Assembly: GCF_002310835.1 (NCBI RefSeq) | Contig: NZ_CP011041.1 | Span: 2,010,001 to 2,042,000 of the forward strand | DNA length: 32,000 nt | Direction of reading: 5' to 3' | From: Pseudoalteromonas tetraodonis | Lineage (GTDB): Bacteria > Pseudomonadota > Gammaproteobacteria > Enterobacterales > Alteromonadaceae | Part shown: piece after piece, positions 17,454 to 26,251 of the stretch | Layout of the letters: each line of letters begins with the position of its first letter | How positions within the stretch are numbered: position 1 is the stretch's first letter | Translations under genes and position numbers: made by a program | Notes under the pieces: generated by a model | Seen by the model: only the letters and a program-made list of their open reading frames with translations | Told to the model about the DNA's origin: nothing | The model's database searches: none

Positions 17454-18497
17454 TTAATTAAGTAGTTGTGGAGCAAAACTAAACGCTTGCCCTGGATAAA
17501 AAAGAATATCTTCAACTAATAAAGTCGCTTCCTCTTCACTTATGTTTAATCGTTTAAGTAAATTTAAGCGTGCTTGTGACAATGTCCAAGCGTGATAATG
17601 CACCCCTAGATCAGTCTCCATCATAGCCATATAGAGCAGTTCATCGGCTGGTTCTAATTGTGAAGCGTTAGCCCTCAGAGGTAATAGCGTATAACCCGTT
17701 AACCAGTCTAAACCCGCTATTTTCGAATCAGTTAAAAGTAATGTGGTAAGCTGTGAGGCATTTGAGGCTTCTACCGTTGTTTGCTGTTTTTGACTCTGCA
17801 TTGATTTGAATTTGCTATCAATACGACTTAGCCACTCAAGCGGTGAGAGCACAGCATTTGCAAAATAATTTAATTTACTTTGATACCACTGACTGCCATT
17901 AGCAAGGCCTGATAAACCAATGCTGCCTCTTGGCTTATAGTGCGCCAAATAATTGTTTAACTCACTCAACGCTGCATTAAGTTCAACCGGTGTGTTAGTG
18001 CGATTTATGGCTTGTTGCACGTACTTTTTTAAATAACTATGTTCAACTTTATTTAGCTTTAAATTACTTTGCTCGGCAGCTTCTAGCTGAGATTTTACAA
18101 ACCTTAACCATTGCTCAATATTTTTATACTGGGCATCATTTTTCGCCATAGTGAGCATATTAGCCAAAACATTTGTTTGTACAGGCCATGCAAAATAGCG
18201 CTCTGGGAATCGCTCAGCAATAACTAAATAATTAACCTGATTGGTTTGCTCTGCTGATAACTGCATTTGCATTAGCTGATGATAAATAGCGTGGCGACGC
18301 TTTAAATAATCATCTGTAAAAGGGAGCTGCTCATTACTGAGCTGTGTAACCTGTGAATTCGGTTGCGCACTTAAAGCCGTATTAAGTGATATTAACGCGC
18401 TTTGCGCTTCTTCATAAGATGAAAATATATCTGTAGGCTTAGAGCAAGACGTTAACAGCAAACAAAATAGCAGTGAAATAATAGGCGTTTTTTTCAT
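17454..18497 (-). CDS. Hypothetical lipoprotein (helical; possibly a DUF885-like fragment)
   Basis: 347 aa with signal peptide and lipobox MKKTPIISLLFCLLLTS|C. I cannot recognise a confident family. The C-terminal …YPGQAFSF… is reminiscent of DUF885. Confidence 0.6.
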   Translation of the reverse strand: MKKTPIISLLFCLLLTSCSKPTDIFSSYEEAQSALISLNTALSAQPNSQVTQLSNEQLPFTDDYLKRRHAIYHQLMQMQLSAEQTNQVNYLVIAERFPERYFAWPVQTNVLANMLTMAKNDAQYKNIEQWLRFVKSQLEAAEQSNLKLNKVEHSYLKKYVQQAINRTNTPVELNAALSELNNYLAHYKPRGSIGLSGLANGSQWYQSKLNYFANAVLSPLEWLSRIDSKFKSMQSQKQQTTVEASNASQLTTLLLTDSKIAGLDWLTGYTLLPLRANASQLEPADELLYMAMMETDLGVHYHAWTLSQARLNLLKRLNISEEEATLLVEDILFYPGQAFSFAPQLLN

Positions 18498-18508
18498 GTC
18501 AATTCCAA

Positions 18509-18535
18509 TAAAAAAAGCCCCAATGGGGCTTTTTA
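18509..18535 (-). terminator. Intrinsic terminator downstream of the TonB2-type operon
   Basis: AAAAAAAGCCCC-aat-GGGGCTTTTT, 24 nt after the stop of the TPR gene. Confidence 0.85.
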
Positions 18536-18558
18536 AAAATACTAGAGTACATTAAATA

Positions 18559-19818
18559 CTAAATTTTAACACCGTTGCGAGCGGCTTTATCTTTAATATA
18601 TGTAGCCCAACCTTTAGCAAACCTACGTGTGCTTGGGTCGTCCATGGCTTTAGTAATAGCAGCATAAGCTTGCTTATACTTACCTTGGTAGTAAAACGCT
18701 TCAGCTAAATCTGAATAAATAGTGCCTTTTTTATCAGAGCCAAGCTCTAATGCTTTGTTCAAACGAACAACAGCAGCGCTGAATTTTTCAGATTGTAAAA
18801 GTAATGAACCTGCTTTGCGGTAGAGCTCAGCGTCGTCATCAAATTTAGCAGCTTCTTCGTAATACTTAGCAGCTTTCTCTATATCTTTCGAACGATGGTA
18901 GTTACTAGCAATCGCGCTAATATTTTGCTTAGTGCGTTTTACTTTCTCTTCTTTAACAGCCTTTTCAAGCGTTACTGCTGCTTTGTAAGGAATTTCGTTT
19001 AAAGAATAAAAGTTAGCCAGTACTTTGTATTCAACTTCGTTTTCGAAGTAACCATTCTTGTATGCAACTTCCATAGTTGCTAGACCTTTTTGGTAGTCTT
19101 CGGTTTGTAAATAATACTTACCTAAACCTACCCAAGACTTTTTGTCTTCAGGCCATACACGAACAATTTCTTCTGCAACTTTAACCATATCTTGATATTG
19201 CTTTTTCTCAAAATAGGCAGCTAATTTAAGTTGATAAGGAGCTTTATTTGGCTCTTCAGCTAACTTAATTGCTTTATTTGCCGGTTCAAGAACCTGATCA
19301 AATTGTTTAAGCTCATAGCTTGCTTGCGCAATACGAGTGTAAACTTTCGGGTCCTCTTCACCTGTGAAGTCCATCCAATCAGAATATGCTTGCTTGGCAG
19401 CACTGTATTGTTCAGTACCCGCATACATATCGCCCAAAGTTTTTAAACCTTGAGCCTGATCAGCAAAGTTCAATACATCCGGTGCAATCGCTGCTTTCAT
19501 ATACTTAATTGCAACTTTGTATTGCTCTTTTTGAGCGTACATGCTGCCTAAGTAACGATTAACAGTTGCTTTATCAAAGTCATTAGACGGATCTAACTCT
19601 TTCAATAACGCTATTGCACCATCAACATCATCTTCGTTATACAAATCAAACGCTTTAATTACTTTTTTACCAGTACGTTCGCCCATGATTTTAGTTTTTG
19701 CTTTCTTACGCTCTTCAATTTTCGCGTAATCTGGCGCCGCTAAAACAGGTGCAGTTAATGATGCACCTGACACAGACATAAGAATTGCAAGTGCAGTTAC
19801 TTTAGAAAAATTTCTCAT
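18559..19818 (-). CDS. Periplasmic TPR-repeat protein (TtpD-like, TonB2 system)
   Basis: 419 aa with a signal peptide (…LTAPVLAA|PD). Repeated TPR-like A-x-Y/F helices run throughout. It is the last gene of the TonB2-type cluster. Confidence 0.75.
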   Translation of the reverse strand: MRNFSKVTALAILMSVSGASLTAPVLAAPDYAKIEERKKAKTKIMGERTGKKVIKAFDLYNEDDVDGAIALLKELDPSNDFDKATVNRYLGSMYAQKEQYKVAIKYMKAAIAPDVLNFADQAQGLKTLGDMYAGTEQYSAAKQAYSDWMDFTGEEDPKVYTRIAQASYELKQFDQVLEPANKAIKLAEEPNKAPYQLKLAAYFEKKQYQDMVKVAEEIVRVWPEDKKSWVGLGKYYLQTEDYQKGLATMEVAYKNGYFENEVEYKVLANFYSLNEIPYKAAVTLEKAVKEEKVKRTKQNISAIASNYHRSKDIEKAAKYYEEAAKFDDDAELYRKAGSLLLQSEKFSAAVVRLNKALELGSDKKGTIYSDLAEAFYYQGKYKQAYAAITKAMDDPSTRRFAKGWATYIKDKAARNGVKI

Positions 19819-19829
19819 TACTCGCCTCC

Positions 19830-20447
19830 TTAGTTGCCTTGGTTAAGTTTAAAGTCTAGTTGAACTTGTAAACCAACTTGCTTTTGTGGTTTCCCGTCAA
19901 TGATCTTAGGACGGTATTTCCACTTACGCAATGCACGTTTAGCTTCACGGTCAAAGATACGTTTTGGATCTGCGTCGATAACATCAACGTCAATCACGCC
20001 ACCTAACTCATCAATTGTGAACGAAAGTTGAACCCAACCTTCTTTACCATCACGTGCTGCTTGTGTTGGATATTTTGGTTCAATACGAACGATAGGTGTC
20101 GCATCACCATCTCGTCCAAATGCACCTGGACCACTTAGTCCACCGGCCGTGCTTCCCACATCGATACTTGGCATATTAAATGACAAGCCACCAGTATTTG
20201 GGTTGCTATTTTCCGGCTGTGGCGGCTGCGGTTTAGGCGGCTGCTTTGGCGGTGGCGGAGGCGGAGGCGGTACACGCTTCCTCTCCTGCACCTTAGATTC
20301 AGGCGGATTCGTCATAATTTCGACTATGATCTGCTCTTTTTGTTCCGTATTACGGTCAGCCCCACCAGAGATGAGGTATGCCATGAAGTAGAACAAGCCG
20401 AAAGTAACTGCCCCACCTGCAATCAGTGAAAACAGAAAACGAATCAT
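19830..20447 (-). CDS. tonB: Energy transducer TonB
   Basis: 205 aa with an N-terminal TM anchor, a Pro-rich spacer PPPPPPPPKQPPKPQPPQPE and a C-terminal TonB domain (…PKYPTQAARDGKEGWVQLSFTIDELGGV…). Its ATG overlaps the exbD stop by 1 nt. Confidence 0.9.
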   Translation of the reverse strand: MIRFLFSLIAGGAVTFGLFYFMAYLISGGADRNTEQKEQIIVEIMTNPPESKVQERKRVPPPPPPPPKQPPKPQPPQPENSNPNTGGLSFNMPSIDVGSTAGGLSGPGAFGRDGDATPIVRIEPKYPTQAARDGKEGWVQLSFTIDELGGVIDVDVIDADPKRIFDREAKRALRKWKYRPKIIDGKPQKQVGLQVQLDFKLNQGN

Positions 20448-20851
20448 TACTGATCTCCAGCTATTGAAATTCTCAGGTTATCACCCGTCGCTTTAATCTG
20501 GTCCATCACTTTAACCACTGTGCCGTGTTTTGCTTCTTTATCAGCTTGCAAAATTACAACATCAGTAGGTTGTTCTGCTAATAAACTTTCGATTTTTGCT
20601 GAAACACGTTCAACATCAACCTGCTGTTTATCAATCCAGATTGCACCGTCACTGCGAATTGCAATAAAAATGTTAGCATTTTTTTGCTTCGTAGCTTGGG
20701 CAGCTTTTGGTTTATTGACCTCGATACCAGCCTCTTTAACGAACGATGTAGTTACGATAAAGAAAATAAGCATGATAAATACGATGTCAAGCATTGGCGT
20801 CATATCTACCGCTGCTTCTTCTTCTTCACGAAAACGTTGTTTACGTGCCAT
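20447..20851 (-). CDS. exbD: Biopolymer transporter ExbD
   Basis: 134 aa. …VDMTPMLDIVFIMLIFFIVT… is the typical ExbD/TolR TM region carrying the conserved Asp. Confidence 0.9.
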   Translation of the reverse strand: MARKQRFREEEEAAVDMTPMLDIVFIMLIFFIVTTSFVKEAGIEVNKPKAAQATKQKNANIFIAIRSDGAIWIDKQQVDVERVSAKIESLLAEQPTDVVILQADKEAKHGTVVKVMDQIKATGDNLRISIAGDQ

Positions 20852-20865
20852 ATTTAATTCTCTCT

Positions 20866-21390
20866 CTAGTGATGAGGCATACTATCTACAAGCTTGGCTT
20901 TCACCATTCTCGCTCTTGCCTCAAGGCGTGAGCTAAAGAATACCCCAGATAGTGCCGCAACCATTCCAGCCATTGTTGGGATTGTTGCCATTGATATGCC
21001 TGATGCCATTAAACGTGCATTACCTGTACCTTGGGTTGCCATGGTTTCAAAAACCGCGATCATACCCGTAACAGTACCAAGTAAGCCTATTAAAGGACAT
21101 ATAGCTACTAATGTTTTAATCAACAACATACGCTGATCTAATTTTTCAGACGCTTCAGAAATCCATGCTTCACGGATTCTGTGTGCGTACCAAGACGTAG
21201 TGTCTTGGCGGGCATCCCACTTAGCTACAATTTCCTTCGTTAAAAGAGGAAACTCAGCAAGTAAGAACCAATAGCGCTCAATCATTAAAACCCACATAAG
21301 AAAGAGTGCTATCGCGACCACGTATAAAACCTGGCCGCCTGTGCCAACAAAATCCCTGATAGATTCCCAGATCTCCATCAGGACTAGCAT
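20866..21390 (-). CDS. exbB: MotA/TolQ/ExbB proton-channel protein (ExbB)
   Basis: 174 aa with three TM segments and the conserved block …LIGLLGTVTGMI..F… . Its ATG overlaps the upstream stop (TAATG). Confidence 0.88.
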   Translation of the reverse strand: MLVLMEIWESIRDFVGTGGQVLYVVAIALFLMWVLMIERYWFLLAEFPLLTKEIVAKWDARQDTTSWYAHRIREAWISEASEKLDQRMLLIKTLVAICPLIGLLGTVTGMIAVFETMATQGTGNARLMASGISMATIPTMAGMVAALSGVFFSSRLEARARMVKAKLVDSMPHH

Positions 21391-22754
21391 TAGGCTTTCT
21401 CCTTCTCCGCGTGAGTCGCGATGATACCCGCGCTTTGCTCATCAAGGATATGTAGTACCGACTTACTACGACCTGCAACAATTGAATGAAGTAGGATAAG
21501 TGGTAGTGCTGCAATTAGACCTAGCGCTGTAGTTACAAGTGCTAGAGAGATGTTACCAGCCATGATCTTCGGATCGCCCGTACCGAACAATGTGATTGTT
21601 TGGAACGTTAGGATCATACCGATTACCGTACCTAGTAGACCTAGTAATGGTGCGATAGCAGCAAGGATCTTGATGATGTTAATACCCGCTTCGATGCGTG
21701 GCGTTTCACGTAGAATCGCTTCATCAAGTTTAAGCTCAAGGTTTTCAACATCTTGATTTTTGTTGTCAGAGTACACTTTAAGAATACGACCCAATGGGTT
21801 GTTTGTATTCGGTGTAGACAAGTTCTTAAGCTGAGCTTTGATCTTAGAAGTAGTAAGCGCTAAATCAACGAAACGTACTAAGAAGATTAAAAGACCTACA
21901 GCAAGCAATACGGTGATGATGTAACCAACTTCAGCACCTTGCTCGTAGTACTCCATAAGAGACTTCTTCTGCGTGTTGATACGTAAGATTGCACCACGTG
22001 TAGGATCCACGTATACGCCAGCGTAATTATCAGCTGAAGTACCTTCTAGATCAGAAATACCTTTTAAGATATAGCTGTCAGGTTGCTTACCTAGAGGCTG
22101 TATAGACTTAGTCTCTGGTGAGTAGATTAAGTAGCCATCGTCTGTAACTAAGTTGAAGTTACCGATACGTGTTACTTTTTTCATTGACGGGTTACCGTCA
22201 AGACCTGCAACTTCAGTTTCAAACGTTGAAACTTTAGCTGACTCAGTCATTTCTGTTTGAAGTGAAATCCAAAGTTCTTCTAACTCACGAACTGTTGGAA
22301 GTTCTTTAGCCGCAGCTAATGAACGAAGTACTTCAGCACGTCCTGGTTTTTCAGCACTTACTAAAGATGCTTCAATTGAACCAATCGCGTCAGCTGCTGC
22401 ACGACGAACAACACCAAACATTTCACCTAACGTACCTTGCGCGTTTTGAAGAGCTTGCTCTTTTTCCGCTAAAGTATTTTCGTTTTGTGCATATTCTTTG
22501 CTAAGACGATCACCACGTGCTTTTTCAGCAGCTAATTGGCTTTTCGCTTTGTTAAGTAACGCTTGCTTATCAGCACGATCTGATAAGAACTCTTGTTCAC
22601 GTTGCTTATTGATTTTCCCTTCAGAAATACGCTCTTGCTTTACTTGCTCAAGAATTTTATCTAAAGCATCAGTATTTGCATGTGCATTAAGCGCGGTACC
22701 GGCAGAAACAGACAGTACTGCTGCAACAGCAAAACCTTTAAATAGTTTCTTCAT
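21390..22754 (-). CDS. Large MotA/TolQ/ExbB-family protein with an N-terminal periplasmic coiled-coil domain (TtpC-like)
   Basis: 454 aa with a signal peptide and a long coiled-coil/periplasmic region. The C-terminal ExbB-like channel block reads …APLLGLLGTVIGMILTFQ… . Confidence 0.85.
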   Translation of the reverse strand: MKKLFKGFAVAAVLSVSAGTALNAHANTDALDKILEQVKQERISEGKINKQREQEFLSDRADKQALLNKAKSQLAAEKARGDRLSKEYAQNENTLAEKEQALQNAQGTLGEMFGVVRRAAADAIGSIEASLVSAEKPGRAEVLRSLAAAKELPTVRELEELWISLQTEMTESAKVSTFETEVAGLDGNPSMKKVTRIGNFNLVTDDGYLIYSPETKSIQPLGKQPDSYILKGISDLEGTSADNYAGVYVDPTRGAILRINTQKKSLMEYYEQGAEVGYIITVLLAVGLLIFLVRFVDLALTTSKIKAQLKNLSTPNTNNPLGRILKVYSDNKNQDVENLELKLDEAILRETPRIEAGINIIKILAAIAPLLGLLGTVIGMILTFQTITLFGTGDPKIMAGNISLALVTTALGLIAALPLILLHSIVAGRSKSVLHILDEQSAGIIATHAEKEKA

Positions 22755-22760
22755 TATTGA

Positions 22761-23540
22761 TTACTCCGCGCCAAAAATTGGTAGTTTAACAAGTTCTAGT
22801 GTGGCTTGCTTACGCGCCATACGGATCACTTCTTTAACAGGTTTTAGGTATTCTTCACCTAATTCTTTCCACTGTTTAGTGTTGTTATCCCACACCCAAG
22901 CGTGTTTTAGATCGAATGATTGCGCTACATAAGTGATACGACCTAAACGACCGATATCAACGTTAATGCTACGACCATCAACATCTAAAGTACCTTGAGA
23001 AGCAGTTACAGCTGAACTGTATGCTGTTTCAACAGTGTACGCTTCAAGTACCTGACGGAACTTCTCAGACGTTGTTACAGATGCAGATGCCATGATCTCA
23101 CGTAATCTTTCAACACGTCCAAGACGAGTTTCAAGGTTAAATGGAACGTCCGCTTTGATGAATTGCTCAAGCGTATCGATCATGCGATACATCAAAGGCA
23201 CAACGTTTTGTTTAGTGTTATCGATAGTCGCGATTTGACGATCGAACGATGCGATAGACGCATTTTGGTCAGCGACCAAACGTGCTACGTGATCGTTGTA
23301 CACTTTCATAAGTTCAGTCTCATCAACGATGCTACGGTACTCAGCGATTAGCTCCTGAGTTTGACCATATACATTGTCAATTTTAGTTTGAGACTTAACC
23401 GCAGCCTTTTGAATTGTTTGACCTGCTTTTTGCACGTCATTCAAAGGATCTGCAATCACATTGCTGCTTGCAAATGCAAAAGCGCCAACCAACGCAGTTG
23501 CTACAAGACTCTTTCTGATTTTAACAGACATAGTTCCCAA
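22761..23540 (-). CDS. DUF3450-like periplasmic coiled-coil protein (TtpB-like)
   Basis: 259 aa from the TTG start at 23540. ATG at 23531 (MSVKIRK…) is the more likely start. It has a signal peptide …AFAFASSNVIA|DP and is the first gene of the TonB2-type cluster. Confidence 0.75.
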   Translation of the reverse strand: MGTMSVKIRKSLVATALVGAFAFASSNVIADPLNDVQKAGQTIQKAAVKSQTKIDNVYGQTQELIAEYRSIVDETELMKVYNDHVARLVADQNASIASFDRQIATIDNTKQNVVPLMYRMIDTLEQFIKADVPFNLETRLGRVERLREIMASASVTTSEKFRQVLEAYTVETAYSSAVTASQGTLDVDGRSINVDIGRLGRITYVAQSFDLKHAWVWDNNTKQWKELGEEYLKPVKEVIRMARKQATLELVKLPIFGAE

Positions 23541-24334
23541 CCAATTAAGTAATGTTACTTTTATAATTTAATTATCAACCCGCAAGGGGAAGACAACCCT
23601 GATATCTTTTAATAGATATCAACTTACCAATAATGCTAAATGCATTAAGTCATGTCAACTTCATGTTTCGCATAACCTATAAATAAATCAGCTTGTTTGT
23701 AAGATATTTAAAGGGCTCACACAAAAAAATTAACATTATCGTAACTAACGTGACAAATGCAATTTCAGCAAAGCCAGATATAGTAAGAATACTGATAAAC
23801 AACCTAGTTAAAGTAAACAAAAATATAACATTTAAAATTAACTTAATCGTGGCTGAAAAAAAATTAAAAATAAGCTTATTTTCTGTCCCGAATATTCTTT
23901 TTTAGTGGTTTTTGAGACTTTTTAAGCTAAAAATACAGCTAATCGTTATTATTCGCGCATTCGTCGCATAGTAATAAGGACGTGCCGATTATCTAAAAAG
24001 CAATACAAAGGAGGGGAAATAGATTACAAAGAATCATTTTTATTAACACCTGTGTTTTTTGTTTCTACTGATCATTAATATCCTGCCGATTTTTTATATT
24101 ATTCCATGGAGAAATATCAATCTTACGCACTTTTATGAACTCAATATAATTAAACTCACATCAAGCAGTAGACTAAATTTAAATCGCTAGGCGATCATTG
24201 GGCAACAACGGACTCGCGCATAAAGGTTTACGTTTAATTTGGTATATCGGAGTTAAAAATATGAATAACGGATATCAGAAATGAAAGGCAATACAGAGAG
24301 ATTAAAAATAGAGTTGATAATTATTTAAGAATTA

Positions 24335-24360
24335 TGGTGAAACAGGTTAGTGTTTCACCA
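24335..24360 (-). terminator. Hairpin/terminator downstream of the cold-shock gene
   Basis: TGGTGAAACA-ggttag-TGTTTCACCA has a 10-bp stem and sits 27 nt after the csp stop. The trailing T-tract is poor (ATAATTCTT). Confidence 0.6.
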
Positions 24361-24386
24361 CGATGAACTTAGGTTCACATAATAAA

Positions 24387-24590
24387 TTATGCTACTTCTA
24401 CGTTCTCAGCTTCAGGGCCTTTTTGACCTTGCTTGATGCTGAAAGTCACTGCTTGACCTTCGCTAAGAGTGCGAAAACCAGAACCAGTGATTGCGCTGAA
24501 ATGTACAAACACGTCAGGACCATTTTCTTGTTCAATGAAACCAAAGCCTTTAGCTTCGTTGAAAAATTTTACTTTACCAGTAACCGACAT
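24387..24590 (-). CDS. Cold-shock protein, CspA family
   Basis: 67 aa with RNP1 KGFGFI and RNP2 VFVHF, and an AGGAAA Shine-Dalgarno. A long upstream untranslated region is typical of csp genes. Confidence 0.95.
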   Translation of the reverse strand: MSVTGKVKFFNEAKGFGFIEQENGPDVFVHFSAITGSGFRTLSEGQAVTFSIKQGQKGPEAENVEVA

Positions 24591-24952
24591 ACTAAATTTT
24601 CCTGTAAGTCAATAATTAAAATTCAGCCATATAATTATGGCAATATCCTCCCTGAGTCAATGCCCAAAAAACTGGAGGTGATAGTACAGGAAGAAGTAAT
24701 AACCAAACCGGTAACCTTAAACGCAGCACAATACCGTAATTCAATACGCAAAAACTCAAAGCCAATTAAGATTAACACATTAAAATTTTTTTAGCTCTAT
24801 TAATTAGGATTTATTTTTGAAGTTTCATTGTTTTACTAACGACGGTGTAACCTTTTAATTTTTATAGAAAATAACAAGCAAAATATTGTATTTTTTATAA
24901 ACAGATTACAATTGCTTTAAAATAGTTTTTATCAGTATGTTTTTTAGCCACT

Positions 24953-24986
24953 TAAAATAAAAAACCACCTTGAATTTAAGGTGGTT
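24953..24986 (-). terminator. Intrinsic terminator downstream of pyrC
   Basis: Minus strand reads AACCACCTT-aaattc-AAGGTGGTT followed by TTTTATTTT. Confidence 0.85.
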
Positions 24987-25010
24987 TAAAGTTTAGTGTT
25001 TAAATATTAA

Positions 25011-26051
25011 CTATTTAACTTGCCAGTCGATAACGCTCTCGGCTTTGATTGGTACTACTTCAGAGTCACCTAGCGAGTAGCTTGCCGGCACTGTCCAAGG
25101 CGATTTTTCTAAGGTAATAGTGTCGGTGTTACGCGCTAAGCCATAAAAATCTGGACCAAAATGGCTTGCAAAGCCCTCTAACTTATCAAGCGCACCAGCC
25201 TCTTCAAAAGCTTCTGCATAAAGTTCAATAGCAGCATGTGCAGTGTAAGCACCTGCACAACCGCATGCAGCTTCTTTTTTATCTTTATAATGTGGCGCTG
25301 AATCAGTGCCTAAAAAGAATTTTTTATTGCCACTCGTTGCTGCCGCCATAAGTGCTTGCTGATGAATGTTTCGCTTTAATATAGGTAAACAATAATAATG
25401 TGGGCGAATGCCCCCTGCTAACATATGGTTACGGTTGTATAGCAAATGATGCGCAGTAATTGTAGCTGCTACGTTATCAGAGGCACTTTCTACAAACTCG
25501 ACTGCATCTTTCGTTGTTATGTGTTCAAGAACAATTTTAAGCTCAGGGAAGTCAACGACAACATCGCCTAGAATAGTCTCTAAAAACACTTTTTCACGAT
25601 CAAATATATCAATAGACGAGTCGGTTACTTCACCGTGGACGAGTAACAGCATGCCAACTTCTTGCATTGCTTTTAACACCGGATAAATATTTTTAACCGA
25701 TGTTACGCCAGAATCTGAATTTGTGGTTGCACCCGCTGGGTACAATTTAGCTGCAAATATTTTACCCGTTGCTTTTGCCTTTTTTATCTCTTCTGGTGTC
25801 GTTTTATCAGTAAGATAAAGTACCATTAGTGGCTCAAACTGCCCTTGAGGTTTCGCTGCCATAATGCGCTCTCGGTACGATAATGCGGTTTCAGTACACG
25901 TGGCTGGCGGTACTAGGTTTGGCATAATGATCGCGCGGCCCATATAACGACTGATATCACGTACTGTATCTTTTAGCTGATCCCCGTCGCGTAAATGTAC
26001 ATGCCAATCATCGGGCCTAGTAATCGTTAGAGTTGTCATTTTGCTCGTCAT
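25011..26051 (-). CDS. pyrC: Dihydroorotase (class II)
   Basis: 346 aa. …[13 protein letters not shown]…[10 protein letters not shown]…[13 protein letters not shown]…LLVHGEV…FLGTDSAPH… is colinear with E. coli PyrC. Confidence 0.96.
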   Translation of the reverse strand: MTSKMTTLTITRPDDWHVHLRDGDQLKDTVRDISRYMGRAIIMPNLVPPATCTETALSYRERIMAAKPQGQFEPLMVLYLTDKTTPEEIKKAKATGKIFAAKLYPAGATTNSDSGVTSVKNIYPVLKAMQEVGMLLLVHGEVTDSSIDIFDREKVFLETILGDVVVDFPELKIVLEHITTKDAVEFVESASDNVAATITAHHLLYNRNHMLAGGIRPHYYCLPILKRNIHQQALMAAATSGNKKFFLGTDSAPHYKDKKEAACGCAGAYTAHAAIELYAEAFEEAGALDKLEGFASHFGPDFYGLARNTDTITLEKSPWTVPASYSLGDSEVVPIKAESVIDWQVK

Positions 26052-26251
26052 CGTAAAATCCTAATGCTTAAGTTAACTGATCATAGGCATATGGGGTTTT
26101 CGAGTAAAGACCTTATTAAAAATAATCCTTAGATACTATATATAAAGTAAACTTTACACTTCACGCTTCTCATTTATCGTTTTATTTTGTAGAAAGGTTA
26201 ATATTAGGTTAACGTATGTACCTTTAATAATAATTATAAGGCCTACCTTCG

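Noticed and set aside
21278-21514. 78-aa minus-strand ORF straddling the TtpC-like/ExbB junction.
   Set aside because: It is out of frame with two conserved, translationally coupled genes and has no independent support.
23693-23905. 70-aa plus-strand ORF in the AT-rich intergenic region.
   Set aside because: Its Lys/Ile/Asn-rich composition is what AT-rich non-coding DNA produces. It has no Shine-Dalgarno and no recognisable motif.
24363-24794. 143-aa plus-strand ORF overlapping the cold-shock gene.
   Set aside because: It is antisense to an unmistakable CspA-family CDS with RNP1/RNP2 motifs and runs on into that gene's leader. It has no motifs of its own.
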